Positions 18,464 through 28,654 of a DNA stretch of 64,000 nt are shown in pieces. Every line of letters begins with the position of its first letter. Position 1 is the first letter of the stretch. Position numbers and translations under genes: made by a program. This DNA comes from Planctomycetota bacterium. GTDB lineage: Bacteria; Planctomycetota; GCA-002687715; CAIWVZ01. The notes under the pieces are model-generated. The model saw only the letters and a program-made list of their open reading frames with translations. It had not been told where the DNA came from and ran no database searches. The stretch is taken from contig JBGANV010000001.1 in NCBI GenBank assembly GCA_044222185.1, forward strand, positions 1,952,001 through 2,016,000, written 5' to 3'.

Positions 18464-19486
18464 TCAGCGCCCGGCGCTCTTCGAATCCGCGGGCAGGAGC
18501 TTCATCGACTTGGCGGCGTCCTCCCAGACCTTCGGATCGAGCGAGTCGATCTCCTTCGTTCCGAGGAGCTCACCGAGCGACTTGGCAGCGGCGCGCTGAA
18601 CGTCGATCTTCTCCGACTTGTCCGCAAGCGTCGTGATGAGGTACGGCACCGCATCCGGATCGGCGAGTCGGCCGAGTGAGAGGGCCGCACGAACCCGGAC
18701 GAGTTGCACCGGGTCGCGCAGGGCCTTCACGAGGTACGGGAAGACCTCCCGATCGCCCGTCGCGCCGAGGGCCGCGACGGCGTGCACGCGGGTCGCAGGG
18801 TCCTGGTCCTCGACCGCCGCGACGACGACGAGGATCAGCGACTTGGACGTCCCCGGCTTCAGCGTGTGGGCGAGTACGAGGGCGGCGTTGCTTCGAACCT
18901 CCGGGCGCGGGTGCCGCAGATACGGCACGACGATCTCCGGATTCACTTCCACGCGCGGCGCTGGCGGAGCCGACGACCCCTTGAGCGGGACGGGATCGGT
19001 CTTCGCCAGGTGGTACAGGGCGAGGAGCCCGTGGAGGACGACCTCGTAGTACTGGTCCTTCAGCGACTCCTCGATCACGGGCACTGCGTCCTGTCGCTGC
19101 GAGAACCCGAGCGCCATGACCATGGTGCGACGGTGACGCGGCGTTCCCGCGCGGAGGTCCGAGACGATCTCGGCGAAGTGATCGGTGACGTAGGTGTGGA
19201 GCAGGCTCTCCATGCTCGCCTGCTTCTCGTACTCCTGCGCGTTCGTGGCGGCCCACCACTGGTCGCAGGCCCATTCGAGGCGGAGGAGCCGCTCGTTGCG
19301 CTTCTCCGGCATTTCGGCGAGCGCCGAAGGGCCCGCCGCGGCGTTGTCCCCACTGGTCGGTTGCGTGGCGGTCACGGCAGCGGTCTCCGGACCTGTCGTC
19401 GATTCGGATGCGCAGCCGCCGCCAAGCACGAAAAGTCCGGCTGCGAGGGCGGCCGCGAGCCCGGACCTGCTTTCGAGTCGTTTCAC
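18464..19486 (-). CDS. HEAT-repeat lipoprotein
   Basis: GTG after AAGGA; signal peptide ending GGGC; repeats EVRSNAALVL, TRVHAVAALG, VRVRAALSLG, VQRAAAKSLG. Confidence 0.8.
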   Translation of the reverse strand: MKRLESRSGLAAALAAGLFVLGGGCASESTTGPETAAVTATQPTSGDNAAAGPSALAEMPEKRNERLLRLEWACDQWWAATNAQEYEKQASMESLLHTYVTDHFAEIVSDLRAGTPRHRRTMVMALGFSQRQDAVPVIEESLKDQYYEVVLHGLLALYHLAKTDPVPLKGSSAPPAPRVEVNPEIVVPYLRHPRPEVRSNAALVLAHTLKPGTSKSLILVVVAAVEDQDPATRVHAVAALGATGDREVFPYLVKALRDPVQLVRVRAALSLGRLADPDAVPYLITTLADKSEKIDVQRAAAKSLGELLGTKEIDSLDPKVWEDAAKSMKLLPADSKSAGR

Positions 19487-19508
19487 GCGCGATGTTCCTT
19501 TGCCGTCT

Positions 19509-19955
19509 TCAGACGTGCGACCGAGCTGCCGGCTTCCCGACGTTTTCCACGGCGACCCATTTCGACAGCGCCAGGCGAACGTCGTCCGGAATCGCCCGGA
19601 CCCGACCTGTCGCATCCACGCACCCCAGCCGGATGTACCCCTCGGCGAGCATGGACCCATCCGAGTCCCGCAGGATCCGGTGGTTCACGGTGAACTGAAC
19701 CCGCCGGAAGTGGGTAAGCCAGCTTTCGATCCGCACCACGTCGTCGTACCGGGCCGGATGGCGATAGTCGAGGTGCGCCTCGACGACCTGGAGCAGGAGC
19801 CCCCGCTGGCGCTCGAACTCGCCGTAGGGGAATCCCGTGGTCCGCATCAGCTCGGTGCGACCGATCTCGAACCAGTAGAGGTAGGTGGCGTGATAGACCA
19901 CTCCGCCCTGATCGGTTTCAGCATAGCGGACGCGCGCCGTCGTGGTGTGGATCAT
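19509..19955 (-). CDS. YbgC/4-hydroxybenzoyl-CoA-type acyl-CoA thioesterase
   Basis: RVRYAETDQGGVVYHATYLYWFEIGRTE, YRHPARYDD. Confidence 0.9.
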   Translation of the reverse strand: MIHTTTARVRYAETDQGGVVYHATYLYWFEIGRTELMRTTGFPYGEFERQRGLLLQVVEAHLDYRHPARYDDVVRIESWLTHFRRVQFTVNHRILRDSDGSMLAEGYIRLGCVDATGRVRAIPDDVRLALSKWVAVENVGKPAARSHV

Positions 19956-20096
19956 GAACTCCGCCGGGCGTTGCCGATCGCCGGCCGAACCCGGAGGGCG
20001 CGAGGTTATCAGTTTCAAAAGAACGCGGAAAGCGCGCGGATGCCGGCGTTGGCCGCTTCGAAGGCCGGTGGTAAGACTTCGCCTCGACCGGGCACC

Positions 20097-20561
20097 ATGG
20101 GACTTCAACGCATCATTCTCTGGCTGGGCCCGCTCCTCTACGTGCTCGGGGCCCTGTACTTCGTCACGGTCTCGACGCCGGCCCAAAGACGCGCAGTCCT
20201 CCTCACCTGGCTGTGCCCGGGACTCGGCCACTGGAAGGCCGGCCACGCCCGACGGGGCGCCTTCTTCGCCGTGGCCCTCCTTGGGTTGTTCCTCGGCGGA
20301 CTGTGCCTGTCGGACTTCCGCTGCATCTCTCCCCTGGACCGCCACCCGATCTGGGCGCTTCTTCAGATCCCGTGCCTCCTGCCGACGGCGTTGGCGACGG
20401 TGCTGACGTCGCATCTCACGATCGACAGCGACAACGCCTACTACCAGATCGGCTGCCTCTACGTCGGGCTGGGGTGCATGCTCAACCTGATCGTCATGTG
20501 CGACGTCTACGACCTGCTCGGGCCTGACGCTCCGGCGGAACCGAAAGCCGAGGCGTCATGA
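20097..20561 (+). CDS. Membrane protein (DUF6677-like)
   Basis: About 4 hydrophobic segments; WLCPGLGHW..G..RRG motif; G.LNLIV..DVYD. Confidence 0.7.
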   Translation: MGLQRIILWLGPLLYVLGALYFVTVSTPAQRRAVLLTWLCPGLGHWKAGHARRGAFFAVALLGLFLGGLCLSDFRCISPLDRHPIWALLQIPCLLPTALATVLTSHLTIDSDNAYYQIGCLYVGLGCMLNLIVMCDVYDLLGPDAPAEPKAEAS

Positions 20562-21868
20562 TCGGGATCCTCCCCACGATCGCCCTCTTCATCCCGCTCC
20601 TGCTCGTGCTCGAACTGGTCTCCGCCGCTCCCGGGCGGCGCGACATGCGTGACGTGGTCCGCGTGGGCGTCAGGGCCTTCGGTCGGCACTTCGTCCCGAT
20701 TGCCGCGATCGCGCTCCTTCTCCATTTCGTCGCCGATTTCCTTCGCAGTCACAACGCGTTCTGAGGCGTCGAGCGCACGCAGCGAACGGCCGTCTGGTTC
20801 CCGCACGATCAGCCCGCGCGACTCGAGCGACAGCGCCATGGCGAGCACGCGCGACGGAGGCTCGCCGGCCATGCGAACGAGGTCGTCGAGATCGACTGCC
20901 GTCGCCGAAAGAAGGCTCAGGAGTCGCGCCTCCGGCGGCGTGACGACGATCCCCGAGTCGGGCAACGGACACGCGGACCGGGCGGCAACGGTCACACCGA
21001 GTGATTCGAGCACGTGTTCCGGCGTGCCCACCGCCGTTGCCCCCTCGCGCAACAGCTGAGTGGGCGCCTCCGACAAAGGGCTGTCGATCGGTCCCGGGAC
21101 CACGAGGACGTCACGCCCGAGGTCCGCAGCCCACCGCACGGACGTCAGGCTCCCGGACTTGATGCGGGCCTCGACGACGAGAAGCGCATCACACAGGGCC
21201 ACGAGAAGGCGATTGCGCCGCGGGAAGTGGTGCGCAAGCGGGGGCGTCCCGGGGAGATACTCGGTCACGACGGCACCGCGCTCGCCAATCCGCGCCTGCA
21301 ACGCCCGATGCTCGGGCGGATAGGCCTGGTCCGGGCCGCAACCGAGGACGGCGATGGTCACGCCGCCCGCATCCAGCGTCGCCTGATGGGCGGCCGCGTC
21401 GATGCCACGCGCGAGCCCGCTGACGATGGTGACGCCGGCGCGCGCCAGCGGATCGACCAGGCGCCGGACGGCACGCACTCCGTATGCGGACGCCCGCCGC
21501 GCCCCGACGACGGCCAGCGATGGCCGCGTCTCGTCGAACGCCCCGCGCACGAAGAGAACGACCGGTGGGTCAGGAAGACACGCGAACCGCGACGCGCGCG
21601 AGACCTCCACGGCTCGAAAGCCCGTCTGACGCAGCTGCGCGGAGAGATCCCGCGCTCGGCCATCCAGATCCGGTGCCGCGAGCGCCTCCAGCAGGACCGG
21701 TGGTGTCCGTGCTCCCGCGATCGCGTCGCGGCGAACGTGCCACCAGGATTCGATCGGTCCGGCGTGATCCTCCAGCGTTCGCAGGAGATCCAGCCCGGCT
21801 CGGTGCCTTGCGGCGGCGAGGAGGCCGACGAGAGCCTCGATCCTTTTCGGGTCATCGGTGTCGCGCAC
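20507..21868 (-). CDS. dprA: DNA-processing protein DprA; ORF runs ~90 codons past the usual end
   Basis: DPPVVLFVRG, AVVGARRASAYG, VSGLARGIDAAAH, FPRRNR, VVEA..SGSL, C-terminal winged helix. Confidence 0.92.
   Translation of the reverse strand: MRDTDDPKRIEALVGLLAAARHRAGLDLLRTLEDHAGPIESWWHVRRDAIAGARTPPVLLEALAAPDLDGRARDLSAQLRQTGFRAVEVSRASRFACLPDPPVVLFVRGAFDETRPSLAVVGARRASAYGVRAVRRLVDPLARAGVTIVSGLARGIDAAAHQATLDAGGVTIAVLGCGPDQAYPPEHRALQARIGERGAVVTEYLPGTPPLAHHFPRRNRLLVALCDALLVVEARIKSGSLTSVRWAADLGRDVLVVPGPIDSPLSEAPTQLLREGATAVGTPEHVLESLGVTVAARSACPLPDSGIVVTPPEARLLSLLSATAVDLDDLVRMAGEPPSRVLAMALSLESRGLIVREPDGRSLRALDASERVVTAKEIGDEMEKERDRGNRDEVPTEGPDAHADHVTHVAPPGSGGDQFEHEQERDEEGDRGEDPDHDASAFGSAGASGPSRS
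20558..20764 (+). CDS. Small two-TM membrane protein
   Basis: 68 aa, ATGA-coupled to the upstream gene, GC3-rich hydrophobic codons; overlapped antisense by the dprA tail. Confidence 0.6.
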   Translation: MIGILPTIALFIPLLLVLELVSAAPGRRDMRDVVRVGVRAFGRHFVPIAAIALLLHFVADFLRSHNAF

Positions 21869-21966
21869 GAATCATCCCTCTGGGAATGACGCGCGGGACC
21901 GCCCGGTCGTTCGGAAAAAAAGTGCCGGCCCGGCAGGGGCACGCAGCCGCTCCGTCCGAGGCGGAT

Positions 21967-21993
21967 TCAAGTGGCGGCGAAAGCGTCCGAAAA
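21967..21993 (+). promoter_or_regulatory. Sigma28-like promoter, + strand, no credible downstream CDS
   Basis: TCAA-N15-TCCGAAAA; same layout as the promoter at 24359-24385. Confidence 0.4.
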
Positions 21994-22064
21994 CAACGAC
22001 GCGGGCCGCGGTCGCCGAACGACGACCGGACCCGCGCGAAGTACCGAAGGCAGGCGTACGAGCC

Positions 22065-22093
22065 GATCGGGCCGCACGGTGGCGACCCCGATC
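22065..22093. terminator. Hairpin downstream of flagellin 1
   Basis: GATCGGG..CCCGATC inverted repeat 12 nt past the stop codon. Confidence 0.45.
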
Positions 22094-22105
22094 AGGCGCC
22101 GCGGA

Positions 22106-22936
22106 TCACCCTCGCAGGAGTGTGAGAGCCTGGGCCGGCTGCTGGTTCGCTTGAGCGAGAACCGAGAGCGCGGCCTGCTGCAGGATGTTGTTCTTGGTCA
22201 ACTCTGCAGTCTCCTTCGCGATGTCGACGTCCGCGATGCGCGAATTCGCGGCCGACAGGTTCTCGATGCGGCTGTCCGTGTTCGCGATGGACGACGAGAG
22301 CCGGTTCTGAACCGCGCCGAGCGTTGCGCGCGCCGTCGTGACGGTGTCGAGCGCCGTGTCGAGCGCCGTGATCGCCGAGCTGGCGCTGCCCGTCGACCCG
22401 ATGTTGAGCGAGCTGATGCTCAACGAGCTGGTGAGGCTCGAGGTCAGCGTCACGCTCAAGGTGTCCGTGCCGGCCGTCGTGTTGATGCCGACCTGGATCG
22501 ACACCGTCGACGTCGAGCCGTCCAGCAGCTTCGTGCCGTTGAACTTCGTCGCGTTCGAGATCTGGTCGATGTTCGCGAGGATCTGCGCGAACTCCGTCTG
22601 GAGGTTGTCCTTGTCCGTGCCCGAGAGGGTTCCGTTCGCGGACTCGACCGCGAGCTCGCGAGCGCGAGTCAGCTGCTGCCCGATGTCCTCGAGGCCCGAC
22701 TCGGCCGTCTGAACGAGCGAGATGCCGTCGTTCGCATTGCGGTTCGCCTGCTCGAGGCTTCGAACCTGGTTGCCCAAGCGGGCGGACACCGCGAGACCAG
22801 CGGCGTCGTCGGCGGCGCGGGCGATACGCTTGCCCGTCGACAAGTGTTCGAAGTTGCGGCCGAGCGCGCGGCCGACGTTGTTCAAATTGCGCTGCGCCGA
22901 CAGAGACTCGACGTTCGTGTTGATCCGCAGACTCAT
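22106..22936 (-). CDS. fliC: Flagellin (276 aa, minimal type)
   Basis: LRINTNV, LSTGKRIARAADDAAGLA, NANDGISLVQTAE, LGAVQNRL, SRIADVDIA.E, QQAALSVLAQAN. Confidence 0.96.
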   Translation of the reverse strand: MSLRINTNVESLSAQRNLNNVGRALGRNFEHLSTGKRIARAADDAAGLAVSARLGNQVRSLEQANRNANDGISLVQTAESGLEDIGQQLTRARELAVESANGTLSGTDKDNLQTEFAQILANIDQISNATKFNGTKLLDGSTSTVSIQVGINTTAGTDTLSVTLTSSLTSSLSISSLNIGSTGSASSAITALDTALDTVTTARATLGAVQNRLSSSIANTDSRIENLSAANSRIADVDIAKETAELTKNNILQQAALSVLAQANQQPAQALTLLRG

Positions 22937-23038
22937 GACATTCCTTTCACTTTCTCGTTCCCACGCATCACGTGAGAGTGTGCGTCGGGACCTCGGGGGC
23001 TTTGACGCCGACCCGATACGCCTGGCTTCATGGGCTGT

Positions 23039-23066
23039 CTATCGAGCAGGGACTGACGGATCTTGA
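23039..23066 (-). promoter_or_regulatory. Putative sigma28 (FliA) promoter of flagellin 1
   Basis: Minus strand TCAA-N16-CTCGATAG (consensus TAAA-N15/16-GCCGATAA), ~100 nt upstream of ATG. Confidence 0.6.
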
Positions 23067-23386
23067 AACACTGTGGAAGAATCCAACACTCGACGCCGAC
23101 GCAAAACATGCTCGCGATTTCCATGTTCTCGCGTCGACCGGTTTCGTAGGTGGCGCGCATGGCGTGCGTTGCGCTGAACCCAGCCGCGTGGCGCCTCCGC
23201 AGCCCGTGCGCTGATCGGTGCCTGCCTCCGCGCGACACGCGCGTGTGCGCGAAGTGACGACCGCCGGAGCGCGCCCGAGCGGCAGGGTGGTTTCGAAGAC
23301 GTGCGGGCCCGAGCAGGTTTCGCGGAGCTACCGCGCTTTGGCGGTGCACTGGCGACGCGGTGATGAAACCTGCGAACACGTACGAA

Positions 23387-23422
23387 AGAACGCCGGGGCA
23401 CCCCTCGGTGCCACGGCGTTCT
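23387..23422. terminator. Hairpin downstream of flagellin 2
   Basis: AGAACGCCG..GGCAC..GTGCC..CGGCGTTCT; followed by TTT-containing sequence on the minus strand. Confidence 0.55.
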
Positions 23423-23446
23423 CGAACGATCACTCGTCAGCTTCGA

Positions 23447-24280
23447 TCAGCCCTGACGGAGGAGGGCCAGGGCCGACGACGGCTGCTGGTTCGCCTGGGC
23501 GAGCACCGAGAGCGCGGCCTGCTGGAGGATGTTGTTCTTCGTCAGCTCCGCGGTCTCGAACGCGATGTCGACGTCGACGATGCGCGAGTTCGCGGCCGAG
23601 AGGTTCTCGATGCGATTCTCGATGGAGGCGATCGTGCCCGTGAGCGTGTTCTGTACGGCGCCGAAAGTCGACCGCAGTGTCGAAACCTGATCGAGCGCCT
23701 GGTCGAGCGCTTGGATCGCCGTCGTCGCGTTGCCCGTCGACCCGATGTCGAGCGTCGAGATGTTGAGCGCGGACGCGAGAGCCGACGTGAGCGTGATCGC
23801 GAGCGTGTCGACGCCAGCCGTCACTCCTTCACCGATGTGAAGCGTGATCGCGCTCGACGTGCCGTTCAGCAGGTGCAGCCCGTTGAAGCTGGGCGAGTTC
23901 GCGACCTGGTTCACCTGCGCGATGAGCTGTTGAAACTCGTTTTGGAGCGCGTCCTTGTCGGCGCCAGCGAGCGTACCGTTCGACGACTGGATCGCCAGCT
24001 CGCGACCGCGGATGATCGCTTGCGCGATGTCGTCGAGCCCGGCTTCACCTGTCTGGACGAGCGAGACACCGTCGCTGGCATTCCGCGACGCCTGCGAAAG
24101 GCTTCGCGTTTGTGCCGTGAGACGCGTCGAGATCGCGAGCCCTGCCGCATCGTCGGACGCGCGTGCGATGCGACGTCCCGTGGACAAGTGCTCGAAGTTC
24201 AACGACACGCGGTTCGTTGCAATGTTCAGGTTGCGTTGTGCGGAGAGTGACGCAACGTTCGTGTTGATCCGCAGACCCAT
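23447..24280 (-). CDS. fliC: Flagellin (277 aa, tandem paralog)
   Basis: Same D0/D1 motifs as 22106-22936; the end ETAELTKNNILQQAALSVLAQANQQP is identical. Confidence 0.96.
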   Translation of the reverse strand: MGLRINTNVASLSAQRNLNIATNRVSLNFEHLSTGRRIARASDDAAGLAISTRLTAQTRSLSQASRNASDGVSLVQTGEAGLDDIAQAIIRGRELAIQSSNGTLAGADKDALQNEFQQLIAQVNQVANSPSFNGLHLLNGTSSAITLHIGEGVTAGVDTLAITLTSALASALNISTLDIGSTGNATTAIQALDQALDQVSTLRSTFGAVQNTLTGTIASIENRIENLSAANSRIVDVDIAFETAELTKNNILQQAALSVLAQANQQPSSALALLRQG

Positions 24281-24358
24281 GTGCTTGACCCCTTGGAATC
24301 GGTCTTCTTACACACCGCTGCGCGCGAGGCGAGATGCGCGCAGCCGGCTTCACGCACG

Positions 24359-24385
24359 TTGTCGGAACGGCGCGCGATCACTTGA
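24359..24385 (-). promoter_or_regulatory. Putative sigma28 promoter of flagellin 2
   Basis: Minus strand TCAA-N15-TCCGACAA, ~80 nt upstream of ATG. Confidence 0.6.
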
Positions 24386-24478
24386 GGCTTGACTCCTCGC
24401 GCAAATTGCAGGGAAATCGCGGAAGAAAGTTCCGCGTGACCCGACGCTGTCGCGAAACGCGACACGAGCGGCGAACGA

Positions 24479-25537
24479 TCATGCGCGTGCGAAGGCGCGC
24501 GCGAGGTCGGCAAGCGGAGTGTCGCAAAACTCCACACTCCCGGGGGCGCGCACGACCGGGAGCCGAAGCACGTCGCGACGCCGCTTCTTGTCGGTCGCGA
24601 GCGCGTCCATCCACTCGGTCGCCGTGAGCGACGGTACGGTCGGCGCACTCATCCCGAGGGCGCTGAGCACGCGGGCCACGGACTCGCGGTCGGCCCCGTC
24701 CACGGCCTGAGCCTCCAGGCGCAAACCGGCTGCAACGGCGACGCCGTGCTCGACGGGCGCGCCGCGCCGGCGCGAGACGGTTTCGATGGCATGGCCGGCC
24801 GAGTGACCGGCGTTGAGCGTCGCACGCCAGCCACGGTCGAACGGGTCGCGCGAAACGACATCCGCCTTGTGCCGCAGACACCCCTCGACCACGCGGGCCA
24901 TGATCGGCGCGCGTCGTTCGAGCAGGGATCGCGCCTCGTCGACCACGAGACGCCACAGGTCGCCGCCGGCGAGGAGCGCGGTCTTGGCCACCTCACCGAG
25001 CCCCGAGCGGAACGCCGCCTCCGGGAGCGTCGCGAGGAACGCCGGATCCGCATGCACGATCGCGGGCTGCCGGATCAGCCCGACCTGGTTCTTGGCGTCG
25101 TCGAGGTTGATCGCGGACTTCCCCCCGAGAGCGGCGTCGACCTGAGCGAGCATCGTCGTTGGGACCGCGCAGAACCGGACGCCACGCAGCCACGTCGCGG
25201 CCGCGAAGCCCACGGCATCGAGGAGAGCTCCGCCGCCGACCCCGATGACCACACCGCTTCGGTCGAGTCCCGCGGCTGCGCAAGCGGTCCAGAGGCTCGC
25301 GACCGATTGCAGGGACTTCAGCGATTCGCCCCCCGAGAGGACGATCGTGGTCGTTGGCCCGGGGCAAACTCCGCGCGCAAAGGCCGCGACGGCGTCGGCC
25401 CAGACCGTGTCGAGGACCTGCTCGACGAAGACGACGGTCCCGGTCGCACCCTCCAGACGCGCGGCCTCAGCCAGGGGGCCGACGACGACGAGCGTATGCG
25501 TGTCGAGTCCGGGCGCGTGATAGGTGAACGCCGTCAC
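24479..25537 (-). CDS. aroB: 3-dehydroquinate synthase
   Basis: GESLKS, GGGALLDAVGFAAA..RG, PTTMLAQVDA..GGK, KNQVG, NAGHSAGHAIE, HGVAV, DKK. Confidence 0.9.
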   Translation of the reverse strand: MTAFTYHAPGLDTHTLVVVGPLAEAARLEGATGTVVFVEQVLDTVWADAVAAFARGVCPGPTTTIVLSGGESLKSLQSVASLWTACAAAGLDRSGVVIGVGGGALLDAVGFAAATWLRGVRFCAVPTTMLAQVDAALGGKSAINLDDAKNQVGLIRQPAIVHADPAFLATLPEAAFRSGLGEVAKTALLAGGDLWRLVVDEARSLLERRAPIMARVVEGCLRHKADVVSRDPFDRGWRATLNAGHSAGHAIETVSRRRGAPVEHGVAVAAGLRLEAQAVDGADRESVARVLSALGMSAPTVPSLTATEWMDALATDKKRRRDVLRLPVVRAPGSVEFCDTPLADLARAFARA

Positions 25538-25626
25538 GCCGAGAACTTACCGTCGTGCGGGCTCACGTCCAGCGCACCGATCCTTGTCCACTCGCCGAGG
25601 ACGACGAAGAGTCTCGGCACATCGCC

Positions 25627-27006
25627 ATGTCCGCCGCGCTCGACTTCCTCCGCAGCTTCACCGACTACGAACAGAAGCAGCCCCCGGCCAACAGCCGCTC
25701 GGCCTTCGACCTGGGTCGCATGCGGCGGTTTCTCGCTCGCCTCGGGAACCCGCATGCGGGGCGTCCCTGCGTCCACATCACGGGAACGAAGGGCAAGGGG
25801 TCGGTCACCCACTTCACGGACGCGGTCTTGCGAGCTCACGGCCTGCGGACGTTCCGGTTCCTGTCCCCGCACGTCGAGCGCCTGAACGAAAGGGTCGCCA
25901 TCGACGGCGCCGACGTCTCGGACGGCGAACTCGATGATCTCGTGGAGGAACTCCGCCCACACGTGGAGGCGCTCCTGCGATCGATGCCGGACGACGTGCC
26001 CACGTTCTTCGAGTCCATGACGGCGATCGGCTTCCTGGCGGCGCGTCGTGCCGCCGTCGACGCCGACGTGCTGGAGGTCGGCCTGGGCGGGCGCCTCGAC
26101 GCCACCAACGTCGTCGATCCGACCGTGAGCGTCGTCACGAGCATCGACCTCGACCACACGAAGATCCTGGGCACGACTCACGACGCCATCGCGCGCGAAA
26201 AGGCGGGCATCATCAAGGCCGGCAGGTACGTCCTGCTGGGACTCACGCCGGACGAACCCGGGTTCGGGCCCCTCGCCGCGGCGGCGCGCGCGGCGAACGC
26301 CCCTGCCCATTGGTTCGGGAACGGGTTCGACGTCCTCGCATCTCGCCTGACCCGCGGCCCCCTGGGTTGCCCCGGAGTTGCATTCACGGGGCGGACACCG
26401 ACCCGGTCGTACGGCGAGCTCTTCCTCGGGGGGGGCGGCGTTCATCAGGCCCGCAACGCGCTCCTGGCGCTCGCCGCGGCCGAGACCGTCGTGCAGACGT
26501 GCGGGCGGACGTTCACGCCGGAGCGCGCGACGGCCGCTCTCGAAGCCGTTCGCCTACCCGCCCGCGCCGAGCTGTTCGAGTGTCCGGGCCGAGCCGCCGT
26601 GTTGCTCGACGGCGCGCATACGGCGAGAAGCTGCGCCGCCGTGGCGGACCTCGTCGGAGCGACACTGTCCCAACGGCCCGTGATACTCCTCGGGGCACAC
26701 ACGGAGGACCGCGATCCGGCGTCGCTGTTCGCACCTCTTCGCCCCATGGCCGATCGCGCCGTCTTCACTCGGGCGCCTTCCCCGCGCTCGGCGGAACCGT
26801 CGGCGGCTGCCGGGGTCTGGAACCAGCTGGGGGGGACGGCAGATCCCATCCCAGACCCCAGGGCCGCTTTCTCCCGGGCGCTCGCGCTCGCGACTCCGCA
26901 CGGGCTCGTCGTCGTGACGGGGTCGTTCTACCTCGCGGGCGCCATCCGCGCGCTCATGCGCGGGACGATCACGGACGGCCCGGACGCGACAACCCCATTG
27001 GTATGA
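25627..27006 (+). CDS. folC: Folylpolyglutamate/dihydrofolate synthase
   Basis: HITGTKGKGS, SPH..ER, TFFE, LEVGLGGRLDATN, IAREKAGIIK, LDGAHT, VTGSFYLAG. Confidence 0.93.
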   Translation: MSAALDFLRSFTDYEQKQPPANSRSAFDLGRMRRFLARLGNPHAGRPCVHITGTKGKGSVTHFTDAVLRAHGLRTFRFLSPHVERLNERVAIDGADVSDGELDDLVEELRPHVEALLRSMPDDVPTFFESMTAIGFLAARRAAVDADVLEVGLGGRLDATNVVDPTVSVVTSIDLDHTKILGTTHDAIAREKAGIIKAGRYVLLGLTPDEPGFGPLAAAARAANAPAHWFGNGFDVLASRLTRGPLGCPGVAFTGRTPTRSYGELFLGGGGVHQARNALLALAAAETVVQTCGRTFTPERATAALEAVRLPARAELFECPGRAAVLLDGAHTARSCAAVADLVGATLSQRPVILLGAHTEDRDPASLFAPLRPMADRAVFTRAPSPRSAEPSAAAGVWNQLGGTADPIPDPRAAFSRALALATPHGLVVVTGSFYLAGAIRALMRGTITDGPDATTPLV

Positions 27007-27030
27007 TCGTCGCTCACGCAGCCGTCCGGC

Positions 27031-27556
27031 ATGACAGCACACCCGCTCCGCAACCACCTCCTCGCCACTCACTCCACGCTCGTCCACGGGCTCGTCTCCC
27101 CCATGGTCGGTCGGCTCGGTGATCATCTCCGAACCTACAGCCGGCCCTACCTCACCGTCGAGGACGCCCAGGTCCACGACCTGGAACAGGGCACGATCAC
27201 CCGGGTCCCCTCGATGATGCTGCAACTGGAGGTCGTACTCTGGGCACACGAGTTCGTCGCGCTCGCGGGCGACGAACATCGCCGAAAGATCACTCAGCCG
27301 GAGGAACGCGGCCCCGTCCGCGTGCGGTTCGCCGATCCCCGCGGCCTGGAGTGCACGGGGCTCGTGGCCAACACGGTGCTCTCGAACATGTCCCGGTTCT
27401 TCGTCCTCCTGGACCCCGTGACCGGGGCTGCGGGCCCCCTCGCCGAAAAGCACGCCGACGCCATGCGAGGGCTTCACTACGTCCTGATCAATCGCGCCGC
27501 CCCCATGATCCTCGAGCTGTCGGCGCGCGAGCCCGTCGCCGAGAAGGAAGAAGCCG

Positions 27557-27564
<8 letters not shown>
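27031..27564 (+). CDS. Hypothetical protein (possibly two DUF6812-like beta modules)
   Basis: 177-aa ORF with typical codon usage, coupled to moxR; TGnTATGAT extended -10 at 26999-27007. Confidence 0.65.
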
Positions 27565-28549
<985 letters not shown>

Positions 28550-28654
28550 TGCCGGGAGCCTTCGGCTTCGCTTCCGGGCGAGCCCTCACGTACAATCCCG
28601 GCCTCTCACCCAAACCGCGCACGCCCGGACAAGTCCCGGCCCCTCACACCCGGA

